From: the human T2T-CHM13v2.0 reference genome, Homo sapiens
Assembly (NCBI RefSeq): GCF_009914755.1
Contig: NC_060925.1
Reading direction: 5' to 3' (one strand)
Length of the DNA stretch: 64,000 bases
Shown one piece after another: positions 26,012 to 41,100 of the stretch (positions are counted from its first letter, which is position 1; the number at the start of each line of letters is the position of its first letter). The notes below the pieces were generated by a model. That model had not been told where the DNA came from, made no database searches, and worked only from the letters and a program-made list of their open reading frames with translations. Position numbers and translations under genes: made by a program.

Positions 26012-29000
26012 AGTTTGATTCAATTCCATCCTATTGCATTCCACTCCATTCCATTCCATTCCATTGCATTCCAGTATAATCCATTGCTTTTCACTCGGGT
26101 TGATTCTATTCCATTCCATGACATTCCATTCCATTCCATTCCTTTCCATTCCACTCGAGTTGAATCCATTCCATTCCATTCCACTCCATTCCATTCCATT
26201 CCATTCCATTCCACTCTGGTTGATTCCATTCCATTCCATTCAATTCCATTCCATTCAGGTTGATTGAATTCCGTTCTATTCCATTCCATTCCATTCCATT
26301 CCATTCCATTCCATTCCATTCCGTTCCACTCGGGTTGATTCCATTCCATTCCATTCAATTCCGTTCCACTCCACTCCCTTCCATTCCATTCCATTTCACT
26401 CGTGTTGTTTCCATTCCATTCCATTTCATTCCATTCCATTCCATTGCATTCCAATCTAGTTGATTCCATTCCATTCCACTACATTGAATTACATTCCATT
26501 CCCCTCGGGTTGATTCAATTCCATTCCATTCCATTCCATTCCATTCCATTCCATTACCCTTGGGTTGATTCAATTCCATTCCATTCCATTCCATTCCACT
26601 CAGGTTGATTGCATTCCATTCCATTCCATTCCATTCCATTCCATTCCATTCCATTCCATTCCATTCTTTCCATTCCATTCCATTCCGCTAGGGTTGATTA
26701 CAATCCATTCCATTCCATTCCACTCGGGTTGTTTCGATCCCAATCCATTCATTCCATTCCATTCCATTCCATTGCATTCCATTCCATTTTTCTCGGGTTC
26801 ATTCCATTCCATTTCACTCCATTCCATTCCATTCCCTTCCTCTCGTCTTGATTGCATTCAATTCCATTCCGTTCCCTTCCATTATATTCCATTCTATTCA
26901 ATTCCATTACATTCCATTCCATTCCTCTTGGGTGGATTCCATTCCATTCCATTGCATCCCATTCCATTCCATTCCATTCCATTCCATTCCATTCCATTCC
27001 ATTCCATTCCATTACATTCATTTCGAATCCATTCCATTCCATTCCATTCCACTCGGGTTGATTCCATTCAATTCCATTCCATTCCATTCCATTCCACTCG
27101 GGTTGATTCCATTCCATTCCATTCCATTCCAGTTGATTCCATTCCATTCCAGTTGATTCCATTCCATTCCATTCCATTCCATTCCATTCCCTCGGGTTAT
27201 TACAAACCCTTTCCATTCATTCCATTCCGATACATTCCATTCCATTCCATTCCATTCCATTCCATTCTATTCCATTGCATTCCATTCCATTCCATTCCAT
27301 TCCATTCCATTCCATTGCATTCCATTCCATTCCATTCCATTCCATTGCATTCCATTCCACTCCATTGCATTCCATTCCATTCCATTGCATTCCATTGCAT
27401 TCCATTCCATTCCCTTCAATTGCATTCCATTCCATTCCATTCCATTCCATTCCATTCCATTCCATTCCAATCGGGTTGATTCCATTCCTTTCCATTCCAT
27501 TCCATTCCATTCCATTTCATTGCATTCCATTCCATTTTTCTCGGGTTCATTCCATTCCATTTCACTCCATTCCATTCCATTCCCTTCCTCTCGTCTTGAT
27601 TGCATTCAATTCCATTCCGTTCCCTTCCATTATATTCCATTCCATTCAATCTCATTACATTCCATTCCATTCCTCTTGGGTGGATTCCATTCAATTCCAT
27701 TGCATCCCATTCCATTCCATTCCATTCCATTCCATTCCATTCCATTACATTACATTCATTTCGAATCCATTCCATTCCATTCCATTCCACTCGGGTTGAT
27801 TCCATTCAATTCCATTCCATTCCATTCCATTCCACTCGGGTTGATTCCATTCCATTCCATTCCATTCCATTGCATTCCATTGCATTGCATTCCATTCCAT
27901 TGCATTCCATTGCATTGCATTCCATTCCATTCCGCTTGGGTTGATTCCGATCCGTTGCATTGCATTCCATTCCATACCATAAACTTCCACTCGGGTTATT
28001 TCCATCCCATTCCATTCATTCCATTCCACTACATTCCATTCCATTCCATCCCATTCCATTCCATTCCACTCGGTTAACTCCATTCCATTCCATTCCATTC
28101 CATTCCACTCAGGTTGATTCCATTCCTTTCCATTCCATTCCTTTCCATTCCATTCCTGTTGATTCCATTCCGTTCCATTCCATTCCATTCCATTCCATTC
28201 CTTTCCATTGCATTCCACACGGGTTGATTGCATTCCATTCCAATCCATTCTATTCCATTCGATTCCATTCCATTCTATTCCATTAGATTACATTCCATTC
28301 CATTCTCTTCCTCTAGGGTTGTTTCCAATCCATTCCCTTCCATTCCATTCCATTCCATTCCACTACATTACATTATATTCTACTCGGGTTATTTTGATCC
28401 GAATCCATTCATCCCATTCCATTCCATTCCATTCCAATCCATTCCATTCCACTCGGGTTGATTCTATTCCATTCCATTTCTTTCCACCCCATTCCATTCC
28501 ATTCCATTCCTCTCGAGTTGATTCCATTCCATTCCATTTCATTCCATTCCATTCCATTGCACTCGGTTGATTCCTTTCTATTCCATCCCATTACATTACA
28601 TTCCATGCCATTCCATTCAATTCCATTTTATTCCATTCGTCTTGGGTTGATTCCATTCCATTCCATTCCATTCCATTCCATTCCATTCCACTCGGGTTGA
28701 TTCCATTCCTGTCCATTCCATTCCATTCCATCCCATTTTGTTCCATTCCCCTTGGGATGATCCCATTCCATTCCATTCCATTCCTTTCCATTCCACTCGG
28801 GTTGATGCCATTCCATTCCATTCCATTCCATTCCATTCCATTCCATTCCATTCCTCTTGGGTTATCTCCATCCCATTCCATTCATTCCATTCGAATACAT
28901 TCCATTCCATTGCATTCCATTCCATTCTATTCCAATCGGGATGATTCCCTTCCATTCCAATCCATTCCATTGCATTCCATTCCTTTCCATTCCATTGCAT

Positions 29001-32000
29001 TCCATTCCATTCCATTCCATTCCATTCCATTCCAATCGGGTTGATTCCTTTCTATTCCATTCCATTACATTCCATTCCATGCCATTTCATTCCATTCCAT
29101 TTTATTCAATTCGTGTCTGGTTGATTCCATTCCATTCCATTCCATTCCATTCCATTCCATTCCATTCCATTCCATTCCACGCGGGTTGATTTCATTCCAC
29201 TCCATTCCATTCCATTCCATCCCATTCCGTTCCATTCCCCTCGAGTTGATCCCATGCCATTACATACCATTAGATTCAATTCCACTCGGGTTGATTCCAT
29301 TCCATTCCATACCATACCATTCCATTCCATTCCATTCCATTCCATTCCATTCCATTCCATTCCATTCCATTCCTGTTCATTCCATCCAATTCCATTCCAT
29401 TCCATTCAATTCCTCTCGGGTGGATTCCATTCCATTCCACTCCATCCCATTCCATTCCGTTCCATTCCATTCCATTCCACTCTGGTTGATTCCATTCCAT
29501 TCATTTCGATTCCATTCCATTCCATTCCATTCCACTCGGGTTGATTCCATTCCATTCCATTCCGTTCCATTCCATTCCATTCCATTGCATTCCATTGCAT
29601 TCCATTCCATTCCATTCCGCTCGGGTTGATTCTGATCCGTTGCATTGCATTCCATTCCATACCATAAACTTCCACTCGGCTTATTTCCATCCCATTCCAT
29701 TCATTCCATTCCACTACATTCCATTCCATTCCATCCTATTCCATTCCATTCCACTCGGTTGACTCCATTCCATTCCATTCCATGCAATTCCATTCCACTC
29801 AGGTTGATTCCATTCCTTTCCATTCCATTCCAGTTGATTCCATTCCGTTCCATTCCATTCCATTCCATTCCATTCCACAAGGGTTGATTCCATTCGATTC
29901 CAATCCATTCAATTCCAATCGATTCCATTCCATTCTATTCCATTAGATTCCATTCCATTCCATTCTATTCTCTTCCTCTCGGGTTGTTTCCAATCCATTC
30001 CCTTCCATTCTATTCCGTTCCATTCCACTACATTACATTATATTCCACTCGGGTTATTTTGATCCGAATCCATTCATTCCATTCCATCCCATTCCATTCC
30101 ATTTCAATCCATTCCATTCCACTCGGGTTGATTCCATTCCATTCCATTTCATTCCATTCCATTCCATTCCATTCCATTGCACTCGGTTGTTTCCTTTCTA
30201 TTCCATTCCATTACATTCCATTCCATGCCATTCCATTCCATTCCATTTTATTCCATTCGTCATAGGTTGATTCCATTCCATTCCATTGCATTCCATTCCA
30301 TTCCGTTCCACTCGGGTTGATTCCATTCCATTCCATACCATACCATTCTATTCCATTCCACTCCATTCCAATCCACTCGTGTTGATTCAATTCCATTCTG
30401 TTGCATTCTCATCCATTCCATTCCATTCCATTCCAAACCGTTCCAATACTTTCCATTCCATTCCACGCAGGTTGATTCAATTCCATTCTATTGCATTCCA
30501 TTCCATTCCATTCCATTCCATTCCATTCCATTCCATTCCATTCAATTCCATTCCATTGCATTCCAGTATAATCCATTGCATTCCATTCGGGTTGATTCTA
30601 TTCCGTTCCATGCCATTCCATTCCATTCCGTTCGTTTCCATTCCACTCACGTTGAATCCATTAGATTCCATTCCATTCCATTCCATTCCATTCCGTTCCA
30701 CTCGGGTTGATTCCATTCCATTCCATACCATTCCATTCTATTCCATTCCACTCCATTCTAATCCACTCGGGTTGATTCAATTCCATTCTGTTCCATTCTC
30801 ATCCATTCCATTCCATTCCATTCCATTCCAAACCATTCCAATACATTCCATTCCATTCCACGCAGGTTGATTCAATTCCATTCTATTGCATTCCATTCCA
30901 TTCCATTCCATTCCATTCCATTCAATTCCATTCCATTGCATTCCAGTATAATCCATTGCATTCCACTCGGGTTGATTCTATTCCGTTCCATGCCATTCCA
31001 TTCCATTCCGTTCGTTTCCATTCCACTCACGTTGAATCCATTAGATTCCATTCCATTCCATTCCATTCCATTCCATTCTATTCCACTCGGGTTAATTCCG
31101 TTCCATTCCATTTAATTCCATTCCATTCAGGTTGATTCAATTCCATTCTATTCCATTCCATTCCATTCCATTCCATTCCATTCCATTCCATTCCATTCCG
31201 TTCCACTCGGGTTGATTCCATTCCATTCCATACCATTCCATTCTGTTCCATTCCACTCCATTCCAATCCACTCGGGTTGATTCAATTCCATTCTGTTCCA
31301 TTCTCATCCATTCCATTCCATTCCATTCCAAACCATTCCAATACATTCCATTCCATTCCACGCAGGTTGATTCAATTCCATTCTATTGCATTCCATTCCA
31401 TTCCATTCCATTCCATTCCATTCCATTCAATTCCATTCCATTGCATTCCAGTATAATCCATTGCATTCCACTCGGGTTGATTCTATTCCGTTCCATGCCA
31501 TTCCATTCCATTCCGTTCGTTTCCATTCCACTCACGTTGAATCCATTAGATTCCATTCCATTCCATTCCATTCCATTCCACTCGGGTTGATTCCGTTCCA
31601 TTCCATTCAATTCCATTCCATTCAGGTTGATTCAATTCCATTCTATTCCATTCCATTCCATTCCATTCCATTCCATTCCATTCCATTCCATTCCATTCCG
31701 TTCCACTCGGGTTGATTCCATTCCATTCCATACCATTCCATTCTGTTCCATTCCACTCCATTCCAATCCACTCGGGTTGATTCAATTCCATTCTGTTCCA
31801 TTCTCATCCATTCCATTCCATTCCATTCCTTTCCAAACCATTCCAATACATTCCATTCCATTCCACACAGGTTGATTCAATTCCATTCTCTTGCATTCTG
31901 TTCCATTCCATTCCATTCCATTCCATTCCATTGCATTCTAGTATAATCCATTGCATTCCACTCGGTTTGATTCTATTCCGCTCCATTGCATTCCATTCCA

Positions 32001-35000
32001 TTCCTTTCGTTTCCATTCCACTCAGGTTGAATCCATTACATTCGATTCCATTCCATTCGATTCCATTCCATTCCATTCCATTCCATTCCATTCCATTCCA
32101 TTCCATTCTACTCGGGTTGATTCCATTCCATTCCATTCAATTCCATTCCATTCAGGTTGATTCAATTTCGTTCTATTCCATTCCATTCCATTCCATTCCA
32201 TTCCATTCCACAAGGGTTGATTCCATTCCACTCCAATCCATTCAATTCCAATCGATTCCATTCCATTCTATTCCATTAGATTCCATTCCATTCCATTCTC
32301 TTCCTCTCGGGTTGTTTCCAATCCATTCCCTTCCATTCTATTCCATTCCATTCCACTACATTACTTTATATTCCACTCGGGTTATTTTGATCCGAATCCA
32401 TTCATTCCATTCCATCCCATTCCATTCCATTTCAATCCATTCCATTCCACTCGGGTTGATTCCATTCCATTCCATTTCATTCCATTCCATTCCATTCCAT
32501 TCCATTGCACTCGGTTGTTTCCTTTCTATTCCATTCCATTACATTCCATTCCATGCCATTCCATTCCATTCCATTTTATTCCATTCGTCATAGGTTGATT
32601 CCATTCCATTCCATTGCATTCCATTCCGTTCCATTCCACTCGGGTTGATTCCATTCCAGTCCATTCCATTCCATCCCATTCCGTTCCATTCCCCTCCAGT
32701 TGATCCCATTCCATTCCATTCCATTCCTTTCCATTACACTCGGGTTGATGACATTCCATTCCATTCCTTTCCATTCCATTTCATTGCATTCCTGTTGATT
32801 CCATCCAATTCCCTTCCATTCCATTCCCTTCAATTCCCCTCAGGTTATTTCCATCCCATTCCATTCATTCCATTCCAATACTTTCCATTCCATTCCATTC
32901 CATTCCATTCCATTCCATTCCATTCCATTCCATTCTATTCCATTCCATTCCATTCCATTCTATTCCATTCCACTCGGGTTGATTCCATTCCTTTCCATTC
33001 TATTTCATTCCATTCCATTCCATTCCATTCCATTCCATTCCATTCAAATCGGGTTGATTCCATTCCTTTCCATTCCATTCCATTGCATTCCATTCCATTC
33101 CATTCCATTTCCCTCAGGTTCATTCCATTCCATTCCATTACATTTCATTCCTTTCCACTCCATTCCATTCCACTTGGGTTGATTCCATTCCACTCCATTC
33201 GATTCCATTCCTTTCCATTCCATTCCATTCTTTTCCATTCCATTCCATTCCATTCCATTCCACTCTCTTCCATTGCATTCCCTTCCACTCTGGTTGGTTC
33301 TATTCCATTCCATTCCATTCCATTCTTCTCGTCTTGATTATATTCAATTCCATTACCTTCCATTCCATTATATTCCAATCCATTCCAATCCATTCCTCTC
33401 GGGTGGATTCCATTCCATTCCATTGCATTCCATTCCACTCTGGTTAATTCGATTCGATTCGATTCCATTCCATTCCCTTCCATTCCATTCCATTCCATTC
33501 CACTCAGGTTATTTCGATCCCACTCCATTCATTCCATTTGATTCCATTCCATTCCATTCCATTCCACTCTGGTTGATTCCATTCCATTCATTTCGATTCC
33601 ATTCCATTCCATTCTGTTCAATTCCACTTGGGTTTATTCCATTCTATTCCATTCCATTCAATTCCATTCCATTCCATTCCATTCCTTTCCATTGCATTCC
33701 ATTCCATTCCTTTCCTTCCACTCGTGTTGATACCATTCTATTCCATTCCATTCCATTCCATGACATTCCATTTCATTCCATTCCATTCCATTCCATTCCA
33801 TTCCATTCCATTCCATTCCATTCCATTCCATTCCATTCCATTTGATTCCATTGCATTTCACTCAGGGTGATTCCTTTCCATTCCATTCCATTCCATTCCA
33901 TTCCATACGATTCCATTACATTCCACTCTGGTTGATTCCATTCAATTCCGTTCCATTCCTTTCCATTACAGTTCCGTTGATTCCATTCCATTCCATTCCT
34001 TTCCATTCCTGTTGATTCCCTTCCATTCCATTCCATTCCATTGCATTTCGTTGCATTCAATTCCATTCCATTCTATTCCATTCCACTCGGGTTGAGTCCA
34101 TTCCTTTCCATTCCATTCCATTACTTTCCATTCCACTCCATTCCAATCGTGTTGATTGCATTCCATTCCGTTCCATTCCATTCCATTCCATTCCATTCCA
34201 TTCCATTCCATTCCATTCCAATCTGGTTGATTCCACTTCATTCCCTTCCGTTCAATTCCATTCCATTCCATTCCCCTCGGTTAGATTCCATTCCAATCCA
34301 TTCCATTCAATTCCATTCCATTCCACTCGGGTTGATTCCATCTGATTCCATTCCATTCCATTCCTTTCATTTCCATTCCATTCACCTCGGGTGGATTCCA
34401 TTCCATTCCATTCCATTCCATTCCACTCGGAATGATTCCATTCCATTAAATTCTTTTCCATTCCATTCCGATCGATTCCATTCCATTCTATTCCACTCTG
34501 GTTGATTCCATTCCATTACATACCAATCCATTCCATTCCATTCCATTCCATTCGATTCCACTCCATTCCATTCCACTCGGGTTGATTCATTTCCATTCTG
34601 TTCCATTCTGATCCATTCTATTCCATTCCAAACCATTCCAATCCATTCCATTCCATTCCACACAGGTTGATTCAATTCCATTCTATTGCATTCCATTCCA
34701 TTCCATTCCAATCAATTCCATTCCATTCCATTGCATTCCAGTATAATCCATTGCATTCCACTCGGGTTGATTCCATTCCGTTCCATGCCATTCCATTGCA
34801 TTCCTTTCGTTTCCATTCCACTCACGTTGAATCCATTAGATTCCATTCCATTCCATTACACTACATTCCAGTCGGGTTGATTCCATTCCATTCCATTCAA
34901 TTCCATTCCATTCAGGATGATTCAATTCCGTTCTATTCCATTCCATTCCATTCCATTCCATTCCATTCCATTCCATTCCATTCCATTCCGTTCCGCTCGG

Positions 35001-35188
35001 GTTGATTCCATTCCATTCCATACCATTCCATTCTATTCTATTCCACTCCATTCCAATCCACTCGGGTTGATTCAATTCCATTCTGTTCCATTCTCATCCA
35101 TTCCATTTCATTCCATTGCATTCCATTCCATTCCATTGCATTCCATTCCATTCCAAACCATTCCAATACTTTCCACTCCATTCCACTC
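26012..35188 (+). repeat. Higher-order repeat copy 2 (~9.2 kb, expanded)
   Basis: Same marker order as copy 1, with ~2.3 kb extra: CCACAAGGGTTG occurs twice (29875, 32208) and CGTCATAGG twice (30258, 32586). There is also an extra TTTTCTCGGG block at 26788. Confidence 0.88.
30290..32207 (+). repeat. Tandem ~0.4-0.5 kb subunits (4 copies) inserted in HOR copy 2
   Basis: C(C/T)AGTATAATCC at 30563, 30943, 31448, 31938. CACGCAGG at 30464, 30859, 31359 and CACACAGG at 31864. Confidence 0.85.
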
Positions 35189-38100
35189 AGTTTGATTCAA
35201 TTCCATCCTATTGCATTCCACTCCATTCCATTCCATTCCATTGCATTCCAGTATAATCCATTGCTTTTCACTCGGGTTGATTCTATGCCATTCCATGACA
35301 TTCCATTCCATTCCATTCCTTTCCATTCCACTCGAGTTGAATCCATTCCATTCCATTCCATTCCATTCCACTCGGGTTGATTCCATTCCATTCCATTCAA
35401 TTCCATTCCATTCAGGTTGATTGAATTCCGTTCTATTCCATTCCATTCCATTCCATTCCATTCCATTCCATTCCGTTCCACTCGGGTTGATTCCATTCCA
35501 TTCCATTCAATTCCGTTCCACTCCACTCCCTTCCATTCGATTCCATTTCACTCGTGTTGTTTCCATTCCATTCCATTTCATTCCATTCCATTCCATTGCA
35601 TTCCAATCTAGTTGATTCCATTCCATTCCACTACATTGAATTACATTCCATTCCCCTCGGGTTGATTCAATTCCATTCCATTCCATTCCATTCCATTCCA
35701 TTCCATTCCATTACACTTGGGTTGATTCAATTCCATTCCATTCCATTCCATTCCATTCCACTCAGGTTGATTGCATTCCATTCCATTCTATTCCATTCCA
35801 TTCCATTCCATTCTTTCCATTCCATTCCATTCCGCTAGGGTTGATTACAATCCATTCCATTCCATTCCACTCGGGTTGTTTCGATCCCAATCCATTCATT
35901 CCATTCCATTCCATTCCATTCTGTTTCACTCGGGTTGATTCCATTCCATTCCATTCAATTCACTTCCATTCCATTCCACTCGGGTTCGTTCCATTCCATT
36001 CCATTCCATTCCAGTTGATTCCATTCCATTCCAGTTGATTCCATTCCATTCCATTCCATTCCATTCCATTCCCTCGGGTTATTACAAACCCTTTCCATTC
36101 ATTCCATTCCGATACATTCCATTCCATTCCATTCCATTCCATTCCATTCCATTCCATTGCATTCCATTCCATTCCATTCCATTCCATTCTATTCCATTGC
36201 ATTCCATTCCATTCCATTCCATTGCATTCCATTCCATTCCATTGCATTCCATTGCATTCCATTCCATTCCCTTCAATTGCATTCCATTCCATTCCATTCC
36301 ATTCCATTCCATTCCAATCGGGTTGATTCCATTCCTTTCCATTCCATTCCATTCCATTCCATTTCATTGCATTCCATTCCATTTTTCTCGGGTTCATTCC
36401 ATTCCATTTCACTCCATTCCATTCCATTCCCTTCCTCTCGTCTTGATTGCATTCAATTCCATTCCGTTCCCTTCCATTATATTCCATTCCATTCAATTCC
36501 ATTACATTCCATTCCATTCCTCTTGGGTGGATTCCATTCCATTCCATTGCATCCCATTCCATTCCATTCCATTCCATTCCATTCCATTCCATTACATTAC
36601 ATTCCATTCATTTCGAATCCATTCCATTCCATTCCATTCCACTCGGGTTGATTCCATTCAATTCCATTCCATTCCATTCCATTCCACTCGGGTTGATTCC
36701 ATTCCATTCCATTCCATTCCATTGCATTCCATTGCATTGCATTCCATTCCATTCCATTCCATTGCATTCCATTGCATTGCATTCCATTCCATTCCGCTTG
36801 GGTTGATTCCGATCCGTTGCATTGCATTCCATTCCATACCATAAACTTCCACTCGGGTTATTTCCATCCCATTCCATTCATTCCATTCCACTATATTCCA
36901 TTCCATTCCATCCCACTACATTCCATTCCATTCCATCCCATTCCATTCCATTCCACTCGGTTAACTCCATTCCATTCCATTCCATTCCATTCCATTCCAT
37001 TCCATTCCATTCCACTCAGGTTGATTCCATTCCTTTCCATTCCATTCCTTTCCATTCCATTCCTGTTGATTCCATTCCGTTCCATTCCATTCCATTCCAT
37101 TCCATTCCTTTCCATTGCATTCCACACGGGTTGATTGCATTCCATTCCAATCCATTCTATTCCATTCGATTCCATTCCATTCTATTCCATTAGATTACAT
37201 TCCATTCCATTCTCTTCCTCTAGGGTTGTTTCCAATCCATTCCCTTCCATTCCATTCCATTCCATTCCACTACATTACATTATATTCTACTCGGGTTATT
37301 TTGATCCGAATCCATTCATCCCATTCCATTCCATTCCATTCCAATCCATTCCATTCCACTCGGGTTGATTCTATTCCATTCCATTTCTTTCCACCCCATT
37401 CCATTCCATTCCATTCCTCTCGAGTTGATTCCATTCCATTCCATTTCATTCCATTCCATTCCATTGCACTCGGTTGATTCCTTTCTATTCCATCCCATTA
37501 CATTACATTCCATGCCATTCCATTCAATTCCATTTTATTCCATTCGTCTTGGGTTGATTCCATTCCATTCCATTCCATTCCATTCCATTCCATTCCATTC
37601 CACTCGGGTTGATTCCATTCCTGTCCATTCCATTCCATTCCATCCCATTTTGTTCCATTCCCCTTGGGATGATCCCATTCCATTCCATTCCATTCCTTTC
37701 CATTCCACTCGGGTTGATGCCATTCCATTCCATTCCATTCCATTCCATTCCATTCCTCTTGGGTTATCTCCATCCCATTCCATTCATTCCATTCGAATAC
37801 ATTCCATTCCATTGCATTCCATTCCATTCTATTCCAATCGGGATGATTCCATTCCTTTCCAATCCATTCCATTGCATTCCATTCCTTTCCATTCCATTGC
37901 ATTCCATTCCATTCCATTCCATTCCATTCCAATCGGGTTGATTCCTTTCTATTCCATTCCATTACATTCCATTCCATGCCATTTCATTCCATTCCATTTT
38001 ATTCAATTCATCTCTGGTTGATTCCATTCCATTCCATTCCATTCCATTCCATTCCATTCCATTCCACTCGGGTTGATTTCATTCCACTCCATTCCATTCC

Positions 38101-41100
38101 ATTCCATCCCATTCCGTTCCATTCCCCTCGTGTTGATCCCATGCCATTACATACCATTAGATTCAATTCCACTCGGGTTGATTCCATTCCATTCCATACC
38201 ATTCCATTCCATTCCATTCCATTCCATTCCATTCCATTCCATTCCATTCCTGTTGATTCCATCCAATTCCATTCCATTCCATTCAATTCCTCTCGGGTGG
38301 ATTCCATTCCATTCCACTCCATCCCATTCCATTCCGTTCCATTCCATTCCATTCCACTCTGGTTGATTCCATTCCATTCATTTCGATTCCATTCCATTCC
38401 ATTCCATTCCACTCGGGTTGATTCCATTCCATTCCATTCCGTTCCATTCCATTCCATTCCATTGCATTCCATTGCATTCCATTCCATTCCATTCCGCTCG
38501 GGTTGATTCTGATCCGTTGCATTGCATTCCATTCCATACCATAAACTTCCACTCGGGTTATTTCCATCCCATTCCATTCATTCCATTCCACTACATTCCA
38601 TTCCATTCCATCCTATTCCATTCCATTCCAATCGGTTGACTCCATTCCATTCCATTCCATGCAATTCCATTCCACTCAGGTTGATTCCATTCCTTTCCAT
38701 TCCATTCCAGTTGATTCCATTCCGTTCCATTCCATTCCATTCCATTCCACAAGGGTTGATTCCATTCGATTCCAATCCATTCAATTCCAATCGATTCCAT
38801 TCCATTCTATTCCATTAGATTCCATTCCATTCCATTCCATTCTCTTCCTCTCGGGTTGTTTCCAATCCATTCCCTTCCACTCTATTCCATTCCATTCCAC
38901 TACATTACATTATATTCCATTCGGGTTATTTTGATCCGAATCCATTCATTCCATTCCATCCCATTCCATTCCATTTCAATGCATTCCATTCCACTCGGGT
39001 TGATTCCATTCCATTCCATTTCATTCCATTCCATTCCATTCCATTCCATTGCACTCGGTTGTTTCCTTTCTATTCCATTCCATTACATTCCATTCCATGC
39101 CATTCCATTCCATTCCATTTTATTCCATTCGTCATAGGTTGATTCCATTCCATTCCATTGCATTCCATTCCGTTCCATTCCACTCGGGTTGATTCCATTC
39201 CAGTCCATTCCATTCCATTCCATCCCATTCTGTTCCATTCCCCTCCAGTTGATCCCATTCCATTCCATTCCATTCCTTTCCATTACACTCGGGTTGATGA
39301 CATTCCATTCCATTCCTTTCCATTCCATTTCATTGCATTCCTGTTGATTCCATCCAATTCCCTTCCATTCCATTCCCTTCAATTCCCCTCAGGTTATTTC
39401 CATCCCATTCCATTCATTCCATTCCAATACTTTCCATTCCATTCCATTCCATTCCATTCCATTCCATTCCATTCCATTCTATTCCATTCCACTCGGGTTG
39501 ATTCCATTCCATTCCATTCTATTTCATTCCATTCCATTCCATTCCATTCCATTCCATTCCATTCCATTCCATTCAAATCGGGTTGATTCCATTCCTTTCC
39601 ATTCCATTGCATTCCATTCCATTCCATTCCATTTCCCTCAGGTTCATTCCATTCCATTCCATTACATTTCATTCCTTTCCACTCCATTCCATTCCACTTG
39701 GGTTGATTCCATTCCACTCCATTCGATTCCATTCCTTTCCATTCCATTCCATTCTTTTCCATTCCATTCCATTCCATTCCATTCCATTCCATTCCATTCC
39801 ACTCTCTTCCATTGCATTCCCTTCCACTCTGGTTAGTTCTATTCCATTCCATTCCATTCCATTCCATTCTTCTCGTCTTGATTATATTCAATTCCATTAC
39901 CTTCCATTCCATTATATTCCAATCCATTCCAATCCATTCCTCTCGGGTGGATTCCATTCCATTCCATTGCATTCCATTCCACTTTGGTTAATTCGATTCG
40001 ATTCGATTCCATTCCATTCCCTTCCATTCCATTCCATTCCATTCCACTCAGGTTATTTCGATCCCACTCCATTCATTCCATTTGATTCCATTCCATTCCA
40101 TTCCATTCCACTCTGGTTGATTCCATTCCATTCATTTCAATTCCATTCCATTCCATTCTGTTCAATTCCACTTGGGTTTATTCCATTCTATTCCATTCCA
40201 TTCAATTCCATTCCATTCCATTCCATTCCTTTCCATTGCATTCCATTCCATTCCTTTCCTTCCACTCGTGTTGATACCATTCTATTCCATTCCATTCCAT
40301 TCCATGACATTCCATTTCATTCCATTCCATTCCATTCCATTCCATTCCTCTCAGGTTTTTACCCTTCCATTCCATTCCATTCCATTCCATTCCATTCCAT
40401 TCCATTCCATTCCATTCCATTTGATTCCATTGCATTTCACTCAGGGTGATTCCTTTCCATTCCATTCCATTCCATTCCATACGATTCCATTACATTCCAC
40501 TCTGGTTGATTCCATTCAATTCCGTTCCATTCCTTTCCATTACAGTTCCGTTGATTCCATTCCATTCCATTCCTTTCCATTCCTGTTGATTCCCTTCCAT
40601 TCCATTCCATTCCATTGCATTTCGTTGCATTCAATTCAATTCCATTCTATTCCATTCCACTCGGGTTGAGTCCATTCCTTTCCATTCCATTCCATTACTT
40701 TCCATTCCACTCCATTCCAATCGTGTTGATTGCATTCCATTCCGTTCCATTCCATTCCATTCCATTCCATTCCATTCCATTCCAATCTGGTTGATTCCAC
40801 TTCATTCCCTTCCGTTCAATTCCATTCCATTCCATTCCCCTCGGTTAGATTCCATTCCAATCCATTCCATTCAATTCCATTCCATTCCACTCGGGTTGAT
40901 TCCATCTGATTCCATTCCATTCCATTCCTTTCATTTCCATTCCATTCACCTCGGGTGGATTCCATTCCATTCCATTCCATTCCATTCCACTCGTAATGAT
41001 TCCATTCCATTAAATTCTTTTCCATTCCATTACGATCGATTCCATTCCATTCTATTCCACTCTGGTTGATTCCATTCCATTACATACCATTCCATTCCAT

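Noticed and set aside
29875-32625. LTR element or transposon with long direct repeats
   Set aside because: Both the flanks and the interior are satellite. There are no TG..CA termini, primer-binding site, terminal inverted repeats or coding capacity. Kept only as a rearrangement finding.
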